Origin: Amphiscolops sp. MND2022 | Taxonomy: Eukaryota | Length of the DNA stretch: 64,000 nucleotides | Direction: 5' to 3' | NCBI GenBank assembly: GCA_964187785.1 | Contig: OZ076409.1 | Location: forward strand, 22,942,001-23,006,000 | Shown here: positions 1 to 12,366 of the stretch, piece by piece | Position numbering within the stretch: the stretch's first letter is position 1 | Layout: each line of letters begins with the position of its first letter | Notes under the pieces: model-generated | The model's input: the letters and a program-made list of their open reading frames with translations, nothing else | Database searches by the model: none | Told to the model about the DNA's origin: nothing | Made by a program: the position numbers and the translations under genes

Positions 1-2
1 AG

Positions 3-377
3 GAAAGCACTATCAATGAAAGCTGCAGCGAGCGCACGACAAGAAATTACGTCACCGAGAACGAACGCGTCAGCAATGAAAGTTACAATGAGCGTACGAC
101 AGAATATGACGTTACCGAGGACGAAATATCCCCGAGAGAGAACAATAGCAGTGACGAACCGTCCCCCCCGACTCAAACGTCACAGCGCACTGAGAATGAA
201 AATGACGTCACTAATGATTTACAAGATACGGAAAACGTTTCAAACAAAGGCGCAGATATTACCGTGCCCGGAATATCAAAAAATGGAAATTCAAATGAAA
301 ATTCGAGCCCTAGAGGAGGGAAATACAATCTTCGACCTAACCCTACCCCCAACTTTACTGATGAATACAGATACTAG
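3..377 (+). CDS. pol: C-terminal tail of Pol (post-integrase) of element C, partial
   Basis: Open frame 3..377 (no Met, so absent from the ORF track) ends SPRGGKYNLRPNPTPNFTDEYRY*. It matches PRKTAKYNLRPNPKPN (A) and SPRKSHYNLRNNPTSN (B). Confidence 0.8.
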   Translation, partial: ESTINESCSERTTRNYVTENERVSNESYNERTTEYDVTEDEISPRENNSSDEPSPPTQTSQRTENENDVTNDLQDTENVSNKGADITVPGISKNGNSNENSSPRGGKYNLRPNPTPNFTDEYRY

Positions 378-613
378 TCAGAAAACTTGAATTACCAGTC
401 CCTTTACTTCACTTCCAGCCCTTGAGGACTTTTATTTTTTACTTGGGACTACTCTGACTGATTTTTCTTATCGATTACTGGAACTAATTATATACGAAAA
501 GAGAGACTCAGTGGCGAATAATACAAAGCCACACAAACAGGCAACAAAGAAGAAATAAATATAAAGCAATTTACAACAAGTACAGTCTAGAAACAAATGT
601 ACTCTTTGTACAT

Positions 614-3600
614 TTAAGATTTAGAAGTTCCAGGAGCGTTTGCATCACTGGACTTTGCGGCTTCAGTCTCACCAGCTGCCCGAAAGCCAACTTTCTTGCC
701 TTTACCAGGGGACAGCTTACGTTGTTTCCCCCCTTCTTTGGACGAGGAATTGGAAGCGGACTCGATGTCAGGACGGACACTCTTGCCCAGAGCCTTGTAG
801 ACTGCAATTAAAGTTTTATGCAAATTAGCCTTGCCGAAACTGTCTACGTGTGACCAAGGGTCTCCTGGGACGTTGCCAATACTGAATCGGAACTCCAGAT
901 CTTTGAAGGTGCCCAGGGAAGCTTCTGTAGTGCACACAGCCACTGAATTAGCCACATTAGCTAGGTAAGACTGTGCAGGCATGATGACATCGAAAAGTCT
1001 ACTTCGGGGATCATTACAGTCAACTCCAGAGAATTTGATGGCTGGAAGCTCTGGCAACTTAGAAGTCAGGCACAGACAACTCAACTGGAAGATGTAGAAC
1101 AGATGTTTCCGCAACTTCAATTCAGGCATACCAATCAGAAAGGCTACCATGTCGGTGAAGACCTCTGGGGTATCCTTGACTCCAGAGTTGGCTTGGCGGA
1201 AGAACTCCACGAAATCGATGTACTCGTCTCGGGCATCAGTCTCTGGGGAATTCTCTAACCAGCCTCGCAAACTAAAGGATCTGTACAGAGCGGAGAAACA
1301 GTATGTGGCTTGCTCAAGCGGCAGACTCAGGAGGGCTACTGGATCGAAACTGCCCAGACCTCTTACGATACCGGCATTCAAGCTAATGTCGGCCAGGAAG
1401 ACTTTCAAAAGGTGGACGAGGTAACCTCGGGCCTTGGTGGCGAAATCGTCCCGAAGGGCCTCAGCTGCTGTCTCCGTCTCTTCAGGCGTCAGTTGCTTCT
1501 CGCTATAAATTCTCCTGACGCGAGCATGGCATGCGGCATCCAAATTTTCTTTGAGCTTCAAGCGACTCAAGAAATCTCGATTAGACAGTTGTCGCCAATT
1601 CTGTCCTTGCAAATCTCCCAGCGACTTCCAGTCCAGAATATCAGGCACGTGTCTGGGAAGTAGTGCTCGACCTGCCAACTTGCGAATGAAAGTATGGAAC
1701 TCTCGGAAGGTGTAGAAGCCACTATCCCTTCGTTGCGCAAACTGACTCTCGAAGCTCTTGGTGTCTGGAAAACAAAACATTACCATCCTGAAGGGTCTTT
1801 ATGAAACCATTAGACCTAGCATGTCAATCTACTATATCTAGCATGAGCCTCAAATAGTGGTAAGACAAACTGGGACCATGAGGTCCGTAGACAAGAGAAA
1901 AACAATATACTAACAATCGCGGACAATTCGTGCGAAGAACTCCAGCTTGATGGTGAAGAAATCATCAGCTATGATTTCCCACTCGAGGCTTTGGGGCTTG
2001 TTTTTGACCCCCTGGTGGACCTGTGGTGGTGCTATCTTCGTCAGATGTTGGTGCACAGACTTCCAGTTCGCAATTAGTTCCGAACATATGGCTGGTACAG
2101 CGGCAATCTCCAGGTGATAGGTAGTCATCGCCTACAATCAACATGCTTATTGGAGGCAATTCAAAACTGGACCTACAGTCTTACGGACAGTGACCTTACC
2201 TTGACGAATTCTGGCATCAGGGCGGCCCAGGGCTGTCCACCGCAACCGTCCAGGAAGGTAATCAGAAACTTCAACTGAGAGAAGAAGCTGATACTGCCAA
2301 ACACGCTGCCCCATCGTTCATGCATCAGGTCTGGCAGACAAAGAGCATCAAATCGGAAAGGGTACTCAATCCCTTTTTGGAAGAGGCAAGAACGTTCAAG
2401 AAGAGGAATCACCTCTGCAGGACACCCGGACACGCTCACAATCTGAGGTTGCGTTGATAGGACGGACAAGAGGCGGGAAAGTACCAACAGGAAACCAGCT
2501 GCAGGCTCTGAAGCAGTCCGGTATCGTAGCAAACGGACGACATTGAGGGATTCGCCCTTCCAGAACCGGATCGAGATGAAGCTGTAGGTGCCTCGCATTT
2601 CAAACTCCAGAGAGTACTGACCCGTGACACTGACTTGATAGGCGATGTCAGCGATGCCGCAGAGGAAGATGTGATGAAAGATCGTCTAAAACAAAATCAA
2701 CCAGGATGAAAATGAGTCGGGTCTACGTTAGGACTAAAGGACCCTGAGGCTAGAAACCGCCGATACTTACTGTCAGTTTGGAGGAGCCCCAATCGTAAGG
2801 AGAGAACAGACTCTGATGATTGGTAACAGTGCCAATCTGTGACCATAGCGACTCAAGGACGTTTAGATCTCCACAACGGGGAGCGAAGAGAGCAACCATG
2901 GAGATTTGAACAAACAGTCTGATCTCCTCCTGCCCAGCGATGGAGCCAAGGCCAGCCATATGGTCCTCGTAGAAGGGGTTACTGCTGCCAGTTTCGACCA
3001 AAGGGACTTGCATAAAGAAAGGCTTCTCTTTCTCAAGCTCCAAGGGGGTCAACAATTGGCCCTTCTTCCCCCTGACTTCGTACACAGTCCGGCCAGTCAC
3101 CTTGTCCTTCTTCCTTAGGTGCTCATATCTCCAGCGCTGGTCTTTGCGAAAATGCGACTCACACTGGAAATGGCGAACAATCTCCCGGGCTCCTTTTGAG
3201 AAAATGGAAACATTCGTCTTACATATCTGGCAGTAGAACTTATGTTTGTTGTGTTCTGGATCAAGGGGGCCAGTGACGAATGTCCGAGTCCACTGAATTC
3301 CTTTGAAATAGGCTTCTTTCATTGCTTTGCCTGTGCGTACTGGAAGCCGACGACGTTTGCGAGGTGGACTTGAGGCAGAAGCTTGGTCAGCGGTCAATGT
3401 GGCTAGAGGCTCATAGTCAGTCGAGCAGAATCCTGGACTAGGGACTTGCTGTGCGGACGATGGGCCAGGTGTTGATGTCGAACCTTGATCTGGAGGACTT
3501 GGAGGAGGATTGATGCTCAGATCCTTGCTGGTTCTCTGAGAATTGATGACGAACTCATCTTCCGAACTGAGGGCTCCGCTAGTGTACCCCTCAGTCCCAA

Positions 3601-4546
3601 CGTCACTGTCTTCCGCACCTGATCCAAGGCTGCCGCTCTGCTTACGGAAGATCTTGATTCGCTGCTTCCCGGATCCTTGAGGAGTACCTTGGGAGCGAAT
3701 TCCTGCCCGGATCGCTTCTTCCAGCATGTTCTTCATTTGATGAAGGGAAGAAGTAATGGTCTCCGTGGAGACGGCACGCAAGATGGAATGGACTTGCCCC
3801 TGATTGAAGGCTACAGTCGCATGGCCTACCGGGAGGATACATGGGTTGGTCTCATTGAAATGCTGATTTATCAGCGTTCTAGCAGAGGCAGATAAAGGTC
3901 TGGTTGGACTGAAGAGCTTCGGAGAACATGTGCCAGGTATCTCAGCCGAGGTGGATGGCTTGACATTCTCATGGGTCTCAGTCCCAGTGGAGCTTATCGC
4001 ATCCAGTGCAATCACGAAAGGTGGTTCCTTGATGGTCTCAGCACCGGAACTATCGAGTATTTCTTCAGTGTCGCTGGTATCAGTTTGGAAGTAATCCGCC
4101 TTGGTGACGGAAAATCCAGCTTCACTGGCAGCATCACCGCCTCGCTCAATCTCAGCCTCAGGAGACTCCTTGTCTTGCGACCCAGTCGTGACCTGGGGAA
4201 TTGGTTCCGACTCAGAAGTTTTCTCAGCGATTGACTTTGGTGCATTGTCTACAATGGCAGATGTAGTAGGGGGCAAGAAGGAGATGTCAAGTCCAAGGCC
4301 CTGGCAACCCAAAGTCTGCAATTGACGGTCAATGTAAGCGGAAATGCTTTCATCCGTAGAAGGGCTTGGGGTCGGAGCAGCCTTATCAGGATCATCTCCT
4401 GGCGGCACAAGTTGCGTGGACTCAGGGTCAACAGGGATCGAAGTGGCCTGACTAGTACCAGCTTCTTTGGGGATGGCAACTTCTTCTTCAATCATGGATG
4501 TAGTAGCGGTGGCAGGAACAATATCGTTTTGCTCTTCGGACGACAT
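614..4546 (-). CDS. Antisense spliced gene of element C: BED zinc-finger, hAT-transposase-like protein, 1209 aa (exons 4546-2771, 2685-2200, 2131-1915, 1764-614)
   Basis: GT-AG introns 2770-2686 (GTAAGT..TTTTAG, phase 0), 2199-2132 (GTAAGG..TTGTAG, phase 0) and 1914-1765 (GTTAGT..TTCCAG, phase 1) join four track ORFs into 3630 nt with no internal stop. BED motif FYCQICKTNVSI..EIVRHFQCESH. Homologous to the genes in A and B. Confidence 0.85.
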
Positions 4547-5616
4547 GTCTAAACAGAAAGAGATAAACTCAAGCGGATAACTTCCTGAGAAAGAGTCCAT
4601 TACCGCGTTAAAAAATCTTCCGGAAGTAGATATTTCGAACTCAAGTGAATACTTGTGTTATGGGACAGGAAGTACGTGAATGAAATGAGAGCCCTGATCA
4701 AGCCTCAGATTAATTCAATACTAAAATAGAAACAAAACCTGAAAAGCTACTGACCTGTTTGAAAGCAAAGAAGGATGTCTTGAGAAGGGAGTACTGTGTA
4801 CAGTTAGACTGGTGGTCACTGAATTGGAAGCTGAGCGATCAGTAGAGAAGGATGACGAAGCTGGACTGGTGACAATACAGCAGCAGTTGTAGAGAGAAGA
4901 CAAATTCTTCTTTGATGAAGGACAAGAAAGATTGCTGAAGATGAATTAGCAAAAGGGACTCAGTGTCGATTGTCCTAGGATAACCCAAGAAATCCACAAA
5001 AGACGTAATTGGAAGAAATTACAAATGACTACTTTAAATGAATACGGAGTAAATACGACTAGAAGACTAAAAGACTAGAGATGATTAAATACTGGACGAT
5101 AATACAAAGAGTAACTGGAAAGAATTTGAAAATAATGAATTGAAAAGAGAATTGGCAATGTGACAAGATGTCAAAGTTGGAGTTCGTGGCTATACAATTT
5201 GGTGTCAAATTTACAAGATATTTACAATTTACACTATTATGTGGATAGAGTCTGCCAGCAATATCTACATTCTTCCATTTATCTTATTTCGAAACTTTAC
5301 CATTTTATTAGATATTTCATGATTTTACCAGGATTTTATTTAATTTCAGGTCATTTTATATTATTCCTTATATGGATTTACGACCTTGGGAAGCCATTTT
5401 TATTCAAGAGAAATTTTGCTGCATTCCTATTGGTTGATCAGAAACGCTGATGGACGGCGTGGCCGTCTGCCATAGCTTCACCCTCTTGAAACTTTTAAGT
5501 GCTTGTTGAGTGTTAATAAACACTTGAAGCGGCACTCTTAATATGGAGGTGTTGACAGAACTGATGTAAGCCAACAAGGCAGTTGTCGGCGTTATCAAAG
5601 AAGGCAAGACGGAAAG

Positions 5617-6660
5617 ATGAAAGATATTACCAAGATAGAATTTGTTATTGAAAATTTATCCTTCTCGGGAGACGTAAAACCCCGGGAAACTGAGAAGAAA
5701 ATCCCGCTAGTCGACGGAGGAAGAAATCGCCATTGTTTCAGTTTCAATCTCGAAATTCAGCTGCTTATCAAATTTCAAAACCTAGAACTAACAACTTCCA
5801 AGATTGCCAAAAAAGCAATAATGAATAAATTCCTTGCAAGTCAATTTGACTCAGAGTCCCCTGAGTATTACCCTGAAGATTTTCAAGGAGCAGCCCCGGG
5901 AGACGGTGTTATTTGCATCTCTAGTGACGACGACATGGAGTGCGCAAGCAGGGCGTCCGTGGATGACTTGGAGAGCCTGTCTGATGACGACGAAATGGCC
6001 CTCTTGGCCCAATGTGTGGAAAGACAACTGGACTTGCCGTCGACTTCAGCAGGAATTCAAGTCCCCTCAGCTTCAGGAAAGCAAGAAGTGACCCGAGCTA
6101 CTACTCCCAGGCTTGCATACGTGCCGGGACCGATGTTCGACGCTGGGTACTTTGAGCTGGGAATGGGCAGAGGACCAATTGCGAGGGATTCACGGCTTAG
6201 AAACGACCATCCAATCAACTTGTGCAGCCAACTGATCCCGTTGGTCGACACACCCATGTCGCCCCCAGCAATTGATAAATATCCTACGGGCGACTGGAGG
6301 ATAACCGCGGAAGCCACTTGTGGCAGCTCCCAACGACACGAAGGTGGTATTCACTTCCGTGGACCGACCGCAGCAGATAACCCGTATATTACAGGGTGCA
6401 CAGATTGTCTCGTGTGTGGAAAATCTGTGGAACAGATTCAGGACGAAGCGGTCATAGATTATCTACACAAGACGTCCGTCCGAGGAGAATCCGCCGAGCA
6501 GTTCAATGCGAGACGACTAGCCTTCTTGGAAGGAATGAAGGTGGGCTGCTTTATGCTTATTCCAGGGGGAGTGTCCCAGGCGTCCGCCTGTGATGGCAAC
6601 ACATACTCAATCTGCCATAGCTACAAGAAAGCAGAACCCTTCACCCTTCCATTAAATTAG
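5617..6660 (+). CDS. Acidic accessory ORF of element C spanning the PPT into the 3' LTR (start possibly 5821); function unknown
   Basis: 347-codon ORF with VICISSDDD and CTDCLVC. Its GVSQA codons overlap the PPT/LTR boundary, in the same position as the ORFs in A and B. Confidence 0.65.
   Translation: MKDITKIEFVIENLSFSGDVKPRETEKKIPLVDGGRNRHCFSFNLEIQLLIKFQNLELTTSKIAKKAIMNKFLASQFDSESPEYYPEDFQGAAPGDGVICISSDDDMECASRASVDDLESLSDDDEMALLAQCVERQLDLPSTSAGIQVPSASGKQEVTRATTPRLAYVPGPMFDAGYFELGMGRGPIARDSRLRNDHPINLCSQLIPLVDTPMSPPAIDKYPTGDWRITAEATCGSSQRHEGGIHFRGPTAADNPYITGCTDCLVCGKSVEQIQDEAVIDYLHKTSVRGESAEQFNARRLAFLEGMKVGCFMLIPGGVSQASACDGNTYSICHSYKKAEPFTLPLN
6564..6571 (+). other. Polypurine tract of element C
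   Basis: AGGGGGAG immediately before TGTCCCAG. Confidence 0.6.
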
Positions 6661-8131
6661 AAAACTTACAAGGAAAACTATTATTGTTGCTCTAAAAAGT
6701 CATGTAAAACTCTATATATTTCATTTTGTGCAAGTTATATTATGTAATTCTATGCATTAATACGAGTTAATTGGACACCAAGGCGTACAGGTAAAGGAAA
6801 CGCGTTCAAATGTTTTCTTGCCTGTCGCCTTGGTCCGCAAGTCCGACTAACTCGTCATCCAATCATAGCGCAGTGTTATGTAACCTTTACTCGTGCTGGC
6901 TTAATAGAATTAAAAGACTAGACGGCTATATGCCGCCTGCTAATAAAGCGCTGGGCTGTACCAGTCTATTGGACACTGAGTCCGCGCTTTAATTGAGAGT
7001 GCTATTCTATCTAGCAGTACTGGTTATGTAATAATTAATCTTTTGATAGCTAATAAAAGGCGCTATTAGTCCTCAAAGGACTGATTTAATATTTTAGACT
7101 TAGTTTGATGGTGTTGCTTTATATGTAATTTGCGCGATATATTTAGAATATATGTAAAATTACCATCTATACATGTAATAAGCATTTCATACATGTAATA
7201 TGTATTTCATACATGTAGCACGTTGATTAGTATGCATGTAAGCAGTTACTTGTCCTAACGGACTCATGGTCCCACCGCCATATTTGCCGCCAAGAGGGAC
7301 CTTTGATCTACATGATGTAATGTTGACGTTTCCTGCTATTTATAGATTGTAGCTATATTTAGAAAGCCTTTAAGGCTATTTTTAGATTATGACCACCATT
7401 TTATTGAGTGTCATGCAAATTCAAATATATATAACCGGGACTGGTGGGCTCGGGGACAGAATTAACCTGATGATACTTTGATGTGTTACTGTTGCGAATT
7501 GTTTATTAAAACTACCCGTTCATTTTCACTTTGCAAGCCCAAGATATTAATTTAAATTCTTGCCTCTTGCAATAATCTCTTATGCCTTCCACTAGACGAC
7601 AGAAAGCCAAAGCTAGGAGATCTAGAGAAATGGACATACTGTCCGACTATGATAACCTAGATGTGATGCTGGGAAATGAAAATAACAATCCCATTGAAAG
7701 AGAGCTAGCTGAAGCAATAGATCAGTCATCGGCCCACGGGGACGGTGATACGAACGTGTACCATGAAAATGAGTTTAGAGGTTACTTACATGAAAATGAA
7801 CCTTTGAGACAAAACGAAGTCAGGCAATCCTTTGAAGCCTTTTCAAGTGAGTTTAATCTTAGATTGTCTCAAGAAATGGAATCTATGATGTCAATAATGC
7901 ATAGCCAAATAAATAGGGCTATATCGACAGCTATAGCTGAAAGAGTTATTCCAGAAATCCAGAATATTGCAAACTCGATGTCCTCTATGGGACACAGGGA
8001 CACTGAGGCCAGTTCGTCTCCAAATAGTCAGGAGAACAGGGAAAGCGCACCCGGGCCTAAAATAAAAATTGCAAAGAAAGATTCAAGATCTGTAGGAGAT
8101 TTAAGAGATACCATGGGTCATGGTTCTTACA
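6572..8131 (+). repeat. 3' LTR of element C (~1560 bp, boundaries inferred)
   Basis: Begins TGTCCCAG (cf. TGTCACAG in A and B) and ends TCTTACA in the same Gag phase as A and B. TATATATAA at 7426-7434, ATTAAA at 7505. No second copy in the window. Confidence 0.65.
7582..8131 (+). CDS. gag: LTR-encoded Gag N-terminus (3' LTR copy; frame runs on into flanking DNA to 8256)
   Basis: MPSTRRQKAKARRS start resembles MPERSSKRKARRDS of B Gag; helical middle region; 183 codons + A at the inferred LTR end. Confidence 0.6.
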
Positions 8132-9672
8132 GATTGACAATTGACAATCTTGCAGCCATAGATTCATCAGCCGAAACTACACAATTGATCCAAAGATGGA
8201 AAAAGATCGTGAAACCCGGAATGTATCGCATGACCGGAGGAAAACGGAAGACATAACACGTGCCAAAATTACGGAATGAAAGGAGAGTAATCGAGGTGAG
8301 ATTACAACAAATAATCCGGGGCCGTGAACGAGGAGACTTGAGGCAAAGAATTGGTCCTCAACACAGCGGAGGCTTTCAAACCCAAACAAGACGGTCGGAG
8401 CAATTGACTGTAGACCCCTTCTGGGAAATGGACCGACCGTCACCGGCCCGACAACAAGACATGCCAGGACCGTCATCAGCCACAACGAGTCCAGAGCAGT
8501 ACGCCCCAACGCCGATAGAAGAAGGCGAAGTCGACTCCAAGACGGACTAAAACCCGTGCATTTTGGGTTCCCACAATGAATTGGGCACGTTAAGTTGGGA
8601 TAAAGAGCATCCACTACGGGAAATTGTACACGCTCCTAAAATACCAGCACAGGAAGAAAACAACAAAACAACTGGTACCTTGGGCAGGTCTTACGAGAAA
8701 CTGAAAGAATCTTTTCAAAGGACCTGCAGCTACTAATGACAGAGACCACTAATGATCCAATCCTAGTGAAGACACTAGTTTGCTTGAAACGCCAACAACA
8801 CGAGCTGATACCGGAGGAATACCAGCAACACAAAAAGAAACTGTCAAGCCCACAAACAAGCTCAGCCAACACACCTATGCCTTGAAGCAGCTTGAACCCA
8901 CTGACAATACCGACGACAAACATGACGCTATATCGTGCCATAGAAGACGCTAATGGCGCAGACCAAGAGTATTTTATCCGGGACGAGAACGGTAAGGTAT
9001 TTACTGATAATAACACAAACCCGAACGCATTAGAAGATAACCTGGAAAATTCTGAATTAGATCTAGCAATCAACCTGAGCTCAAGCACTGAAATTGAAAC
9101 TGACCAAAAAAAAACGAAGAAAAGAATCAATACACAGATCGACGAGACTAACAAAAACTAATCCAATTGTTAAATATAACAGCCCAGTTTGTCATGACTA
9201 CAAGAAACACCGTAAAAAGACTGACCTCGGAGACCACGCCGATTCAACCAGAATTCGAACCAGAGAGGAAAGACAGCAACCCATAAACCGGCCACAGAAC
9301 CAAATTCAGACGTTACGACCGACCATCAACCGTAACAAATAAAACTGCAAGGAATGGTTAACCGTCCACCAAACACTGGGCCAGTCGAGGAGCGACCGCC
9401 ACAACGGAAAGCAGAGCGTCCCCATTGGCAGAATATCAGCTAATAGTAGAAGGGGGAATGTAGAGGACAAACGAACTTACTTAGACTGTAGAAACTAATT
9501 AGTCTGCTTTCCTATTTGTATTCATTTATTTTTTTGTTATTTGATTAAAGTACCTGCCCTGCCACATAAGTGCAGAAGAAGCTATATGCTTAGTGATACA
9601 AAAAATAGTGAAGAACAGTTAAATTTAGAACACTGAATTCCTTCTTTTTATGAGGCTATCAGGATTACAACA
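8132..9672 (+). mobile_element. Deleted/degenerate Gypsy-like element (pol fragments, PPT, short LTR ~9459-9672) into which element C probably inserted
   Basis: Fragment KDLQLLMTETTNDPILVKTLVCL resembles the RNaseH-integrase connection. AGAAGGGGGAA (9448-9458) precedes TGTAG, with a candidate ...TTACAACA end. Confidence 0.5.
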
Positions 9673-10199
9673 TTATGTTTTTTGAAGCCGAAAATTCATT
9701 TTATCATGTATGTTTGGATGGTCGAGTCAAGGTCCATTGTGATACCCCTTACAAAGTTGGAGCATTCTTCAGATATGAAGATTATGAAGATGTACCGTTT
9801 TCGCATATTTTTTTAATGGAAGCGTTTGTTGTCTCAATGAGATGACCCTCCGCCACCATCGGCTTCGTGGTGCCCAGTGTCATCTTGAGTGAAATGGAAC
9901 TTCATCCGGCCAGAGTTATGGGGAAACAAGCCAAACGGGCTGAGACCTTCCGACACCAATCACAACTTCACTTATTTTGTTTAATTTTACATATTTACTA
10001 ACTGTCATGTAACACCAAACGTAATACGCATACTATCTTATGACGTCCCTCTGTGAAAACATGACCTTCAAATTACAAATCCGACGGGTAACTCAAGTGC
10101 ACCTAAGTATATACCTTGAATTTTTAAAATACTTTTTAAAATACGGCATTTATTTTATGTCGGCGCTTCATGAAGTGAAACGCGACAATTAGATCGACT

Positions 10200-10641
10200 T
10201 TTTTCAATCCACACGAACTGACCAAAATAGTCTACAAAGTTCTTCGAAATTTTAAGGTGTCAAATTGAACCATTTGGCCTAGGCAACTGAACCAAAAAAG
10301 TTTTTTTTTCCCGCGTAACATACAATACCGGCCGAGACTAAAGGGTCCCTCTTTCAGTTTTTTTCTTTTCCGGCATTGTGAGACTTTTTTTCGAAATATT
10401 TTTACTGACTTCAAAGGGACCCCTGCAATTTTTTAAAATGTTTTGCGACTGAAAGGTTAACAATTTGAAAGGGTCCCCCTTTGAGCACGCCAGGGGTCCG
10501 CGCTAGCGGGCTCCCGGTGCGCCGAATTGGTCCAACTTTCGGGTTATTTTGGTACTGTAAAAAATACTTCACACTTTGTAGTACTTTTGCTGTTTGTAAG
10601 CCTTACGTATGGCGCCGACTTATGTCGTTCCCGGCATGTTT
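10200..10641 (+). mobile_element. HINE/DINE-1-like (Helentron-associated) non-autonomous element, 3' part; left boundary approximate
   Basis: Ends GGCGCCGACTTATGTCGTTCCCGGCATGTT, the reverse complement of the ends of the copies at 18741 and 40078; shares the AAAGGGTCCC core motifs. Confidence 0.5.
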
Positions 10642-10724
10642 TTAAGTTGCCCTTGTTTCATGTTGAGAGGAGTCAAGTAGGACTTGCGGTCTTAAAAATG
10701 AGAATTATATGCAATGCGGCCTTA

Positions 10725-11554
10725 CCCAACGATCGAAGACATGGTACGTTTGCCAAAAACCATGGTAAATCGCTAGCTAGCCTTGCCAAGATCTTACCAT
10801 GATCTTACCAAGATCTTGCCAAGGATACCATGATTATGCAAGATCGTGCCAAGCATACCATGTTTTACCAAGGGTTTTATCAAGGGTTGATGCCAAGATT
10901 AACCATGTTCTTGACAAGGGTTCCACTGTAGCAAATCCGTTTTTTCAGTAACTTCTAATCTCTAATTCTATTTATTTTTATTGCACCTGTTTCTACTGCA
11001 TTCTCGAAATTCAGTAATTTCAACAAGTTACCTCAATAGGTGAGGTATTACCGAGATTAACAAATCATAGCTAGAAAAGCTGGTTTTCACACCGATATCG
11101 CAAACCCGCAAGTTGGACTAGCTTGATTCGGAGTTTGCTTTGTATGATAATTTATGATAGTAGTAACGATGCCGTGCTCTCAAGTAACAAAACTCGGTCA
11201 ATAGGTGCAGCAAATTATTGAGAAGTGTTGCATACTTTTCAGTTTAAAAAAATTTTTTTCGATAAAGGTTATGTCCGAAGTTATCGCAACGGCTTATTCA
11301 GAAATTGGAGATGACAAGGAATTTTTATGAAAAGAAAAAATTATACAATTATACAGCTCACGCGTCTTACCATGGTTATCTTGCCATGATCTTGCCATGA
11401 TCTTAGCATGACCTTGCCATGATCTTGCCATGATCTTGACAAGCGTTCCATGTATCATGATTAGTCATGATCTTGACAAGGGTACCATGGTTAACCATGA
11501 TTTAGAAAGATTAACCATGATCTTGGCAAGCGTAGCGTGTCTTCGATCGCTGGG
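10725..11554. mobile_element. Non-autonomous TIR element with CCC...GGG ends (CMC/EnSpm-like)
   Basis: 32-bp TIRs (28/32 match), TA on both sides, subterminal 11-bp CCATGATCTTG repeats. Confidence 0.7.
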
Positions 11555-12366
11555 TATGCTGTACCATATTTTGGAAAACAAGACACCGAAAACCGCAGAA
11601 GAGCTACGTAGAAATGGTTAAAAATTTTTAAGTGTCTTCTCTGTGTGCTCTGTGAATTCTTATGTGTAAGACGTCATGTAGGAGTATACGAGAACTAATT
11701 CTTTCAAACATGATATCTCGTTGGTTCATAACGGTGAATAACGTCCAAATAAGGCAATCATCTACTGGTTTTGATGTTTTTAGGAAGGCCGTCTTGGAGG
11801 GGCTCGACCCAGTACTGGAACTCTTAAAAGTCTTGAAAAACGTTGAAAAAATTATACAATTATACAGCTCACGTGTCTTACCATGGTTATCTTGCCATGA
11901 TCTTGCCATGATCTTACCATGACCTTGCCATGATCTTGCCATGATCTTGCCATGATCTTGACAAGCGTTCCATGTATCATGATTAGTCATGATCTTGACA
12001 AGGGTACCATGGTTAACCATGATTTAGAAAGATTAACCATGATCTTGGCAAGCGTAGCGTGTCTTCGATCGCTGGGTATGCTGTACCATATTTTGGAAAA
12101 CAAGACACCGAAAACCGCAGAAGAGCTACGTAAAAATGGTTAAAAATTTTTAAGTGTCTTCTCTGTGTGCTCTGTGAATTCTTATGTGTAAGACGTCATG
12201 TAGGAGTATACGAGAACTAATTCTTTCAAACATGATATCTCGTTGGTTAATAACGGTGAATAACGTCCAAATAAGGCAATCATCTACTGGTTTTGATGTT
12301 TTTAGGAAGGCCGTCTTGGAGGGGCTCGACCCAGTACTGGAACTCTTAAAAGTCTTGAAAAACGTT
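11334..12366. repeat. Near-identical tandem duplication (units 11334-11844 and 11845-12366)
   Basis: Units differ by one extra 11-bp repeat and a few substitutions; the duplication copies the right TIR of the MITE plus flank. Confidence 0.9.

Larger units (their letters stand above)
1..8131 (+). mobile_element. Element C: 3' half of a large Ty3/Gypsy LTR retrotransposon (pol tail, antisense BED gene, acidic ORF, 3' LTR)
   Basis: Same module order as elements A and B. Pol-tail motif KYNLRPNP, purine run AGGGGGAG then TGTCCCAG, and a Gag-like N-terminus inside the LTR. Confidence 0.85.

Noticed and set aside
16..390. 124-aa ORF in the track
   Set aside because: Shadow frame; the overlapping frame 3-377 carries the conserved Pol-tail motif.
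614..4600. Reading the BED genes as host genes or separately inserted hAT transposons
   Set aside because: Same position and orientation in three divergent elements, inside TSD-bounded element B, and no TIRs or 8-bp TSDs seen.
4547..4600. Upstream ATG (MDSFSG..) as the start of the antisense protein
   Set aside because: The segment ends in a strong acceptor and is probably intron; the same layout occurs in A and B.
7168..7219. CATACATGTA triplet in C's LTR as the equivalent of the A/B paired motifs
   Set aside because: Single cluster with ~20-bp period in AT-rich DNA; too weak to equate.
10790..12050. CRISPR-like array from CCATGATCTTG repeats
   Set aside because: 11-bp tandem subterminal repeats without unique spacers, in a eukaryotic context with no cas genes.
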